Source: a bacterium (lineage in GTDB: Bacteria; Patescibacteriota; Patescibacteriia; JAHIZJ01). Taken from it: DNA of 64,000 bases. The notes under the pieces were generated by a model. The model was not told the DNA's origin and did no database searches. It saw only the letters and a list, made by a program, of their open reading frames with translations. Position 1 is the first letter of the stretch. The number at the start of each line of letters is the position of its first letter. Of this stretch, positions 29,663 through 37,281 are shown piece after piece. Made by a program: the position numbers and the translations under genes. The stretch spans positions 6,241-70,240 of the forward strand of contig JAUYLJ010000041.1 in the NCBI GenBank assembly GCA_030699685.1, written 5' to 3'.

Positions 29663-31244
29663 GAAAGACCTCTATCCTTTCGTCAGACAATTGATTCGGA
29701 CAAACGTGTCCACCATCGACCAGCTGATGCAAGCCAAGCGCAATTGGTCGAAGCGGCAAGGGTTTCCCTTGCCTCCAAATCATACCCTGTTGACCGGGTA
29801 TCGGCAATTGATTGATGACGGCAAAATTGAGAAGAACGCGAAACTGATGGAGCTGCTTCGCGTCAGGAAGGTCCGTACCCTGTCTGGCGTGGCCGTCATC
29901 ACCGTCCTGACGAAGCCCTATGGCTGTCCCGGACGCTGCGTGTATTGTCCGACCGAATACCGCATGCCAAAAAGCTACGTCGCTTCCGAACCAGCCGCCC
30001 AGCGAGCCTTGCGCAACAATTTTGACCCCTTCACCCAAGTACAATCTCGCATTGAAGCACTGACGCGCAATGGCCATCCGACTGATAAAATTGAACTGAT
30101 AGTCCTGGGCGGCACCTGGTCGGCCTATCCGCAAGACTATCAGGAATGGTTTATCCGGCGTTGTTATGACGGAGCCAATGGCCAAGAGTCTCGTTCGTTA
30201 GAGGAAGCACAGAAAATCAATGAAACCACAGACAACCGTGTTATTGGTTTGACGCTGGAGACACGACCCGACTGGATTACCCCTGATGAAATCGCTCTAC
30301 TGCGCCGTTATGGAGTTACCCGCATGCAGTTGGGAGTACAAAGCACGCATGACGATATCCTTCGCCTGATCAAACGTGGCCACACGATCCAGCAAGTGGC
30401 CGAAGCGACAAAACTCCTGAAAGACGCTGGTTTCAAAATCAATTATCATCTCATGCCCGGCCTGCCCGGCAGCAGCCGCCAACGGGATTTGGAATCAATC
30501 CAAACCGTGTTCAATGACGAACGCTTCAAGCCGGATTATTTCAAGCTCTATCCCACCGTGGTGATGAAAAACTCCGAACTCTATCATTGGTGGAAAAAAG
30601 GAACATACCAGCCATACACCGAGGATGACCTTCTGGAATTGATTCCTGAGATGAAAAAACTCGTCCCGTACTGGGTGAGAATCGAACGGCTGATCCGCGA
30701 CATCCCCGGCACCGAAATCACCGCCGGAAACAAAATGACCAACCTGCGCCAGGTGCTGAAAAAGCGCGGCGTTGTCTGCAAGTGTATCCGCTGCCGTGAA
30801 GCCAGAGATCAGTCAGTCACCGAAAATGACGTCACGTTATTCGTCGAAGAATATCAAGCTTCCGAAGGAGTTGAATATTTCATCTCCTATGAAAACGCCG
30901 AACGCAGCGCGCTCTATGCTTTTGTCCGCTTGCGATTGCCAAAGAATGTGTCGCCAAAAATCCTTAACCGCTTCCCCGCGCTCAAAAATGCCGCCCACGT
31001 CAGAGAGCTCCACACTTACGGCCAGTTGGTGCCAATCCTCGAATCATCCAATTCACCAGTCAACCCTTCATCTATCCATCCCCAGCACACTGGTTTTGGC
31101 AAAAGGCTGATGCGAGAAGCTGAGAAGATCGCGAAAAAACGCCAGTACCGAACGCTCGCCGTCATCTCCGGCATTGGCGTCCGGGAATATTACAAAAAAC
31201 TCGGCTACGAAGAGCGGGATACCTACATGGTGAAAGGATTGTGA
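29661..31244 (+). CDS. elp3: Elp3-family radical SAM/GNAT tRNA U34 carboxymethyltransferase
   Basis: RTLSGVA, CPGRCVYCP, GLTLETRPD, RLIRDIP, CKCIRCRE, VRELH, QHTGFG, SGIGVREYYKKLGY. Confidence 0.93.
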   Translation: MKDLYPFVRQLIRTNVSTIDQLMQAKRNWSKRQGFPLPPNHTLLTGYRQLIDDGKIEKNAKLMELLRVRKVRTLSGVAVITVLTKPYGCPGRCVYCPTEYRMPKSYVASEPAAQRALRNNFDPFTQVQSRIEALTRNGHPTDKIELIVLGGTWSAYPQDYQEWFIRRCYDGANGQESRSLEEAQKINETTDNRVIGLTLETRPDWITPDEIALLRRYGVTRMQLGVQSTHDDILRLIKRGHTIQQVAEATKLLKDAGFKINYHLMPGLPGSSRQRDLESIQTVFNDERFKPDYFKLYPTVVMKNSELYHWWKKGTYQPYTEDDLLELIPEMKKLVPYWVRIERLIRDIPGTEITAGNKMTNLRQVLKKRGVVCKCIRCREARDQSVTENDVTLFVEEYQASEGVEYFISYENAERSALYAFVRLRLPKNVSPKILNRFPALKNAAHVRELHTYGQLVPILESSNSPVNPSSIHPQHTGFGKRLMREAEKIAKKRQYRTLAVISGIGVREYYKKLGYEERDTYMVKGL

Positions 31245-31350
31245 ACGATTACTTTTTCGTTTCACGCGGATTCTTTGCCAGTGGCTAAAGCAAATGCCTT
31301 GTGGTGTGTTTTTACCTTGGATGCCCTGTTGAATACGGACTCTAGGCAAA

Positions 31351-31377
31351 GAAAAAGGTGAGCAGCGTTGCTCACCT
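31351..31377 (-). terminator. intrinsic terminator of the small-ORF unit
   Basis: minus strand AGGTGAGCA-ACGC-TGCTCACCT followed by TTTTC. Confidence 0.7.
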
Positions 31378-31447
31378 GGTCGAAGAGAATGATGGAATGT
31401 GCCGCTACGGCGGCCGGAGTGTCAAGGGCATAGAGCCTCCGCGTCGG

Positions 31448-31582
31448 TCACGCCGTGGTCGACTGCGTCTCGTCGCTCCGAGAACCGGTCTTCTTCTGCT
31501 CGGCCTTGATCGCCGCACCCTTACCTTGCGTCTTCGACACCTGGCAGGGCGGACGAGCGAACATCGCCGTCTGATGGAACAT
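31448..31582 (-). CDS. 44-aa small protein (absent from ORF track)
   Basis: GGGAGG SD, ATG, MFHQTAMFARPPCQVSKTQGKGAAIKAEQKKTGSRSDETQSTTA; own promoter (TTGTTT-N17-TACAAT) and terminator. Confidence 0.5.
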   Translation of the reverse strand: MFHQTAMFARPPCQVSKTQGKGAAIKAEQKKTGSRSDETQSTTA

Positions 31583-31901
31583 GGAACCTCCCCTTTTTGG
31601 GTTGTCCAATCACTTGCTGAGTCCTCAACCCAAACACATCATCAACCCAGACAAGTGACCCGATCATTGTAGCGCAATTATTCCAGGTAAACAAGCAAGT
31701 TATCCACCGCGGAAAATTAATAAAAAAGGTGGCGCAAAGCACTGTTGTCCACTTGGTCGGAAGACGAAAAGCTGTTGCAGCCACCTGTGGCATCAACCAC
31801 GACTTTTTCTATTCCTATGCCCACTTGCGATTGATGCCACTGTTACTTTAGCTCTCTTGGAGAGTCGAGGTCAAGTCGCCCTCTGTAAAAGTCGATTCTT
31901 T

Positions 31902-32606
31902 TTATGGTTTTTGAATTAAATGCTTTGTGTACCCCAGCTGTACCAGTTGAAAAAATGCCTCTTTAACTTCAGCCGGAACATTCTGTGGAATTTGAAATCC
32001 TTTCGCGGGATACAACTGAATGCGCTGAACGTCACCAACCATAATATTAATGATTGTGTCAGCGTCCACTACTTCTTTGATGTACCGCTCAAAGGTGTGA
32101 GGCGGTGATGTCACCATGAGCTCGTAATCTTTTTCCGGCCAGAGTTTTTTAAACGTCGCGTAAGCCCGACGCTCCATCGTCGGCTTCTGAACCAAGATAA
32201 TTATCCGGGGAATCAACTCCTTGCCCTTAAGAAGCGCGTGACTCATCAGCACATTATCACCAGAATTGTTTGACTGATTCTCAATCAGTATCGCGTCCCC
32301 TGGAACCCCCCGCTGAATAGCCACTTCGGCAAATTTATCCGCTTCAGACATCCCCCAGTCCACTCGTTGAATATTGTTTTCATCTTGAATATCTCCGCTC
32401 TTTGCCTCATTACCGGCAAACAGCACTCGGGACGCGAACTTCTTTTGAAAGAGTTCGGCAACGTATTCGGGCACAGAAAGATCTAAAGAGGTAAAACAAA
32501 TAATAAGATCCGCCGGCCTTAAAGCGTGATGGACATGGTGATAATCCCACAATATCTTGGCCAGGCGCATCGTTGCCTGAGAAATATTCTGATTCTTGGG
32601 AGACAT
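31902..32606 (-). CDS. YdcF/DUF218 family protein
   Basis: LWDYH, SEADKFAEVA, ENQSNNSGDN, VQKPTMERRAYAT, MVGDVQRI. Confidence 0.88.
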   Translation of the reverse strand: MSPKNQNISQATMRLAKILWDYHHVHHALRPADLIICFTSLDLSVPEYVAELFQKKFASRVLFAGNEAKSGDIQDENNIQRVDWGMSEADKFAEVAIQRGVPGDAILIENQSNNSGDNVLMSHALLKGKELIPRIIILVQKPTMERRAYATFKKLWPEKDYELMVTSPPHTFERYIKEVVDADTIINIMVGDVQRIQLYPAKGFQIPQNVPAEVKEAFFQLVQLGYTKHLIQKP

Positions 32607-32614
32607 ATGCCGGT

Positions 32615-32965
32615 TTAAAAATCTACGGACTGACCAAGATGTTTCAAATTATCCCGCCGCACTTCCACCAGCGCCTGCTCCAAATCAATATCGTAATGAT
32701 CGGCAATTCGTACGATCATGAAAAAAAGGTCGGTCAGTTCATCCGCCAGCTCTGTCTTGGTTGTTTTGTATTCGTCTTGTTTCTCCCTGTTTGGCAGGTA
32801 ATATTTCTCCTGAACCATGACGTGCTTGGCCAAGTCGCCGACCTGCTTGGCCAGTTCGATCATTGAACCTTCAATTCCCCAGGGCTTCTGTTCCACCTTC
32901 TCAAAGGCTTTGATCACCTGGCGGTTCATCTCAACAATTTCCTGGAAGGAATGCTGTGTTTTCAT
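32615..32965 (-). CDS. MazG-like nucleotide pyrophosphohydrolase
   Basis: ELAKQVGDLAK...LADELTDLFF...ADHYDIDLEQA. Confidence 0.75.
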   Translation of the reverse strand: MKTQHSFQEIVEMNRQVIKAFEKVEQKPWGIEGSMIELAKQVGDLAKHVMVQEKYYLPNREKQDEYKTTKTELADELTDLFFMIVRIADHYDIDLEQALVEVRRDNLKHLGQSVDF

Positions 32966-33059
32966 TTGTCGAAGAAATAATGATTTTCAAGAGTTATTGT
33001 AACACAAAACCGCTCCTACCGGATAAAGATTAGAAGAGCGGTTCGCTTGTTTTCAAAAA

Positions 33060-33743
33060 CTATTTTGCCCGAAACCAGAGATACTTCTGATCGACTGTAA
33101 ACCCAAGCCGGATAAGCCGCTTATGCTGGAGATAGGCCAAAAGATTGTTGAAGGCCAGAAAACCCGTCACGATTCCCAGCGCCATCAGCGTCCGCTCTAT
33201 CATCACCACCGGGATCAGTCCCAGCCAGATCTCTTTGCTCAGGCCAAACACCCAGACCCAGAGCGCGCCGCCAACAGCGTGAGCGGTAAAAGTGGTGCCC
33301 AGAGCGCGAGCCATCAGTGATTTGTCGCGCAGGAAATGCATGATGATTGGTATCAGCCAAAACATCGAATACACCCAGGCTGAGCGGCCAATCGGGTGAA
33401 GGTTAAAAGCGACGATAGCCAACACGGAAACCCAGACTGAGGCGGTGTTCTTCTTCCAGAAGTACCAGGCGGCGAAGAGCATCGGGAAAAATCGGACGAT
33501 AACTCCCGCGTCCACCACTTCAGCGCCGTGAATAAAGAAATTGCCAAGCTGCATCAGCGCCACAGAAACGAGACCGGGAATCAGTCCGATGAAGCCGGTG
33601 GCCAGCGGGCCAAAGAGGTCAAAAATCGTAAACCGCACGTCAGATCCGATCAGCTTGGTCAACGGGAACTGCAAGGCGATGAGACCGAGAACCGTAAAAA
33701 TTCCAACGAATACGCCGTTTCTTTTGTTGAAAAATTTCTTCAT
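33060..33743 (-). CDS. polytopic membrane protein (possible ECF-type S component)
   Basis: six to seven hydrophobic helices; FTIFDLFGP and TFTAHAVGG motifs. Confidence 0.55.
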   Translation of the reverse strand: MKKFFNKRNGVFVGIFTVLGLIALQFPLTKLIGSDVRFTIFDLFGPLATGFIGLIPGLVSVALMQLGNFFIHGAEVVDAGVIVRFFPMLFAAWYFWKKNTASVWVSVLAIVAFNLHPIGRSAWVYSMFWLIPIIMHFLRDKSLMARALGTTFTAHAVGGALWVWVFGLSKEIWLGLIPVVMIERTLMALGIVTGFLAFNNLLAYLQHKRLIRLGFTVDQKYLWFRAK

Positions 33744-33822
33744 GCTCGATTCTACCACCAATTAACGAATTAACTAATCAACCAATTACCCAATCAACTA
33801 CCCCCACCTTACACGAAACGCC

Positions 33823-34548
33823 TTATGGTGTCCATCCCCCCGCCACTTCAATATTTGCACCGTTCACCTGCTCTGAGACCGGGTCGAGAAGAAATACCAA
33901 TGTCGCCCAGATGTCGTCAAAATCCGTCAGTCGAACCGGCACCTCCGGTTTGACCACGCTGGTTTTCAGGATACCCGGCGAAATAGCATTGACTCGAATT
34001 CCGCGCGGCCCATAGGTTTGCGCCTGAATTTTTGTCAGCATGATCACGCCAGTCTTGGCGATATAGTAAGGGGTTGTTTTAGGGCGTATGACTAAACGAT
34101 CCGCCCCGGCACAACCAAGGTTAATGATAGAGCCGCTTTTCCGGCGTTTCATGTTTTGGGCCGCTAACTGAGTCAAGAGAAATGAGCTGGATAGATTGGT
34201 TTCCATCACGTCTTGAAAATCGTCATAGGTGACCTTGTCAAAAGGCTTGAAAATAAAATTTCCGACGTTGTTGATCAGGATATCGATCCGGCCGTGCTTT
34301 TGAATAACTTTTTTCATCAGTCCGCGAATCTGTTTTTCATTTCTGAGATCCGCTTTCATAATGGAATTTTTCGGATTGACACGCTTCAGAGATAATTCCA
34401 GCGCCTTGGCCGTCTTTTCGCTGGTGTGATAATGCGCCACGACCACCGCGCCTTGGCGAGCCAGTCTCTGCGCCAGAAAACCGCCAAGCTTTCTAGCCGC
34501 GCCGGTAACTAGTACGATTTTTCCATTCAGTTGACGCATGGTGTTCAT
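33823..34548 (-). CDS. SDR family oxidoreductase (pteridine-reductase-like)
   Basis: VTGAARKLG, LINNVG, YYIAK, VNAISPG. Confidence 0.9.
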   Translation of the reverse strand: MNTMRQLNGKIVLVTGAARKLGGFLAQRLARQGAVVVAHYHTSEKTAKALELSLKRVNPKNSIMKADLRNEKQIRGLMKKVIQKHGRIDILINNVGNFIFKPFDKVTYDDFQDVMETNLSSSFLLTQLAAQNMKRRKSGSIINLGCAGADRLVIRPKTTPYYIAKTGVIMLTKIQAQTYGPRGIRVNAISPGILKTSVVKPEVPVRLTDFDDIWATLVFLLDPVSEQVNGANIEVAGGWTP

Positions 34549-34551
34549 TCG

Positions 34552-34965
34552 CTATGATTGTTGTACCGATACGGCCAGGCAATCATCGCAGACTTCGTTT
34601 TTCATATCTATCGCCGTATAAAATTCCTCGCAGCTGGTTTTTTGCAGCACTTGATGCTGTCGAAGCGAGAAATCATTGTCACAAGAACCGCATTGGCTCA
34701 AGTAACGATAGGCGAAACAGCTGGACGCGTTGGCCGCTTCTTCAGCTGTCACTTTTCTGGAATCGTAATAGCATTCTGATCGCCAACCGTCCACGCACTC
34801 GCTTACGCAGGTAACCTTGTTTTCCTTACGACACAATTCATTTACCCGCGCGGAGTATTGCGGTTCAGCCGTGCCGCCATTTTCAATCTTGTCCAAATAC
34901 ACGATCATCACGCCACCGAAAGCCAGGGCGACTATTCCCAAGAGTATCTGTTTGGTTGTTGTCAT
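34552..34965 (-). CDS. membrane-anchored cysteine-rich protein
   Basis: N-terminal TM helix, 10 Cys in 137 aa; TGCTACAAT 6 nt before ATG. Confidence 0.6.
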   Translation of the reverse strand: MTTTKQILLGIVALAFGGVMIVYLDKIENGGTAEPQYSARVNELCRKENKVTCVSECVDGWRSECYYDSRKVTAEEAANASSCFAYRYLSQCGSCDNDFSLRQHQVLQKTSCEEFYTAIDMKNEVCDDCLAVSVQQS

Positions 34966-35076
34966 ACGAGCATTGTAGCATAAAACAAACGACGGGTCTT
35001 TGTCGCGAACACTCTCAAAAGCTTCCCGAATTTTATTCTATTGCCGAAGAAATCGCAATTCGTAATATGCTATACC

Positions 35077-35802
35077 TCAACTGGTGTAGTACTCGAACGC
35101 GGCTATACTTAGGAAGTTTTTCAACACCTGCTTGCCAAATTCGTGGAATTCTTTCTCCACTTTCTGGAAGTCGGACTTGAGCTCAGTCGCGCTAATTTGA
35201 CGAAGCTCCTCATCTTCCGCGACCAATTTATCAAACAACGCCGGGGTGACTTCGAAATGACCTTGGACGCCGAAAGCATTCCCCACGCGTACTACCTGGT
35301 TTTGGCAATTTTTTCCCGTGGCCAGCAAGGTCATGGCATCAGTCAACTCCACTGTTTCGTTATGGAGATGAAAAATTGGAAATCGCTCTCCCATCACTTG
35401 AGAGAACAGATCGTCATTTTTTCCCTCTTCGGTCAGCTCAATCTCATGTATCTCGCCCGAAGCGTCTCTCCAGCCGATTTCCTTCACCGGGCTCGGAACC
35501 ACTGTGCCACCGGCTGCTTTCACCAGCACCTGCAAACCAAGGCAGATGCCAAGATAAGGCAAGCCAAGCTTCAGCGCCTCAGCGACTCGCTTGGTTAATA
35601 GCCGCATATGCTCGGTATCGTCATTGGCGCTCTGCGTACCTCCTAGAACCACCAAGGCGGAGTATCCCTTCAACTCCGGTATAGCATCGCCAGCCTCCAG
35701 ATTGACGATCTGATACCCTTGTTCCTTTTCTTCCAGGATTTCTTTGAGGAGGCCGGGTTCTTCTCGAGTGACGTTTTGTACTATCAGGACTTTACTATCC
35801 AT
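35077..35802 (-). CDS. class I glutamine amidotransferase (GuaA-GATase-like, stand-alone)
   Basis: LGICLGLQ, GVQGHFE catalytic triad. Confidence 0.9.
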   Translation of the reverse strand: MDSKVLIVQNVTREEPGLLKEILEEKEQGYQIVNLEAGDAIPELKGYSALVVLGGTQSANDDTEHMRLLTKRVAEALKLGLPYLGICLGLQVLVKAAGGTVVPSPVKEIGWRDASGEIHEIELTEEGKNDDLFSQVMGERFPIFHLHNETVELTDAMTLLATGKNCQNQVVRVGNAFGVQGHFEVTPALFDKLVAEDEELRQISATELKSDFQKVEKEFHEFGKQVLKNFLSIAAFEYYTS

Positions 35803-36255
35803 CGTTATCCATCGTTCGGAAATATGTTGTTCATCATTGTCATGATCAACGCTACCACAGCATACTGGATTCCGTCAATCCTCTAGGAGTTGCTCGTGAT
35901 CGACCGTCGAGGGACAGCTGTTTTAACAATGGAATCACAGACCATGACGGTTTCTGGCTAATCAAGTATAATGAACAAATGAACCCGACCAAACGCTGCC
36001 CGGTAGGTATTGCCCAAACAACCGATTTGACTAATCGCACACAGCGCCAAATCGATGCCCGCAACGATATAAAACCCAAAAGCACCACCTGGCGGAGTTT
36101 TTCAAGTAATGATCACTGCGCCATTATTGCTGGAAATAGCGTATTCGTGATCAGCGCGATCAAATACGCACTAACCTGACAGTTCTAAGATACTCAGTCG
36201 GTCTACCCCAAAAAAGTTACTTGAGAAAATTGGAAACACAATTCAGTAAAGAATC

Positions 36256-37281
36256 ATGATCACTGTTAAACACGAGGGAATAATTTTAGAGAAAACAAAT
36301 CTAGAATTTGAAAATAAAAGCGTCTTGAATCCTGCCTGCATCCAGGTGGGCGACATTACTCATATGTACTATCGGGCGGTAGACCAAAACAATATTTCTT
36401 CCATAGGCTATTGCCAGTTAAAAGACAATGTAGTCGTAAAGAGATTTACTAAACCAATCCTTGTTCCCGAAACTGCTGACGAAAAAAATGGCGTGGAAGA
36501 TCCCAGAATCACTTTCTTGGGGGGAACATATTACCTTTTCTACACCGCCTATGACGGTAAAAATGCTCTCATTGCCTACGCCACCAGTAAAGATCTTGTC
36601 CATTTTTCCAAAAAAGGCCTGGTTTCGCCAAAGATTTCATACGATGAAGCGGAAGATATTTTTCGTGAGTCGAAAGTCAAAGAGAATTACACTATGTTTG
36701 AGAAGCTTTATAAAGAAAGAGCGGGAAAAGACGTCTTATTGTTTGAGAAAGACGCCTCTCTTTTCCCCAAAAAATTCAATAATAAATTCGCGCTTCTTCA
36801 TCGTATTCTGCCCGGAATCCAGCTCGTGTTTTTTAATGATTTCTCCGCATTGACCAAAGACCGCTGGCGAGAATATTTCAAGAATTTATCTGATTTTATC
36901 GTGCTTGATCCGCTTTTTTCATTTGAAAACCGAAACATAGGCGGCGGCTGTCCCCCTATTGAAACAAAAGATGGGTGGCTGATTATTTATCACGCTGTAG
37001 AGAAAACCTCAAAAGGAAAAATATATCATGCCACTGCCGCTTTGCTTGATCTTAAAAACCCCTTAAAAGTTCTAGGTAGACTACAAAAACCGCTGTTTTC
37101 ACCAGAAGCCTCTTGGGAGAAAAGCGGCGTAATTAATAATGTTGTCTTCCCCACCGGTGCGGTAGTGCGGGACAAAAGACTTTTTATTTATTATGGAGCA
37201 GCGGATCAATTAATTGCCGCGAAATCCGTTGAACTGGCCGACCTGCTGGCTGAGCTTAAAAAAGATTTTCAAAAAACATGA
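36256..37281 (+). CDS. GH130 glycoside phosphorylase/hydrolase
   Basis: VLNPA, GVEDPRI, EKDASLFP, GGGCPP, NVVFPTG, YYGAAD. Confidence 0.88.
   Translation: MITVKHEGIILEKTNLEFENKSVLNPACIQVGDITHMYYRAVDQNNISSIGYCQLKDNVVVKRFTKPILVPETADEKNGVEDPRITFLGGTYYLFYTAYDGKNALIAYATSKDLVHFSKKGLVSPKISYDEAEDIFRESKVKENYTMFEKLYKERAGKDVLLFEKDASLFPKKFNNKFALLHRILPGIQLVFFNDFSALTKDRWREYFKNLSDFIVLDPLFSFENRNIGGGCPPIETKDGWLIIYHAVEKTSKGKIYHATAALLDLKNPLKVLGRLQKPLFSPEASWEKSGVINNVVFPTGAVVRDKRLFIYYGAADQLIAAKSVELADLLAELKKDFQKT

Noticed and set aside
28550-29815. 421-aa plus-strand ORF
   Set aside because: Antisense shadow of the bactofilin-like and methyltransferase genes; no recognisable motifs.
35850-36180. Open frames on both strands upstream of GH130
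   Set aside because: No clear start signals or recognisable domain; may be a gene remnant but cannot be supported.
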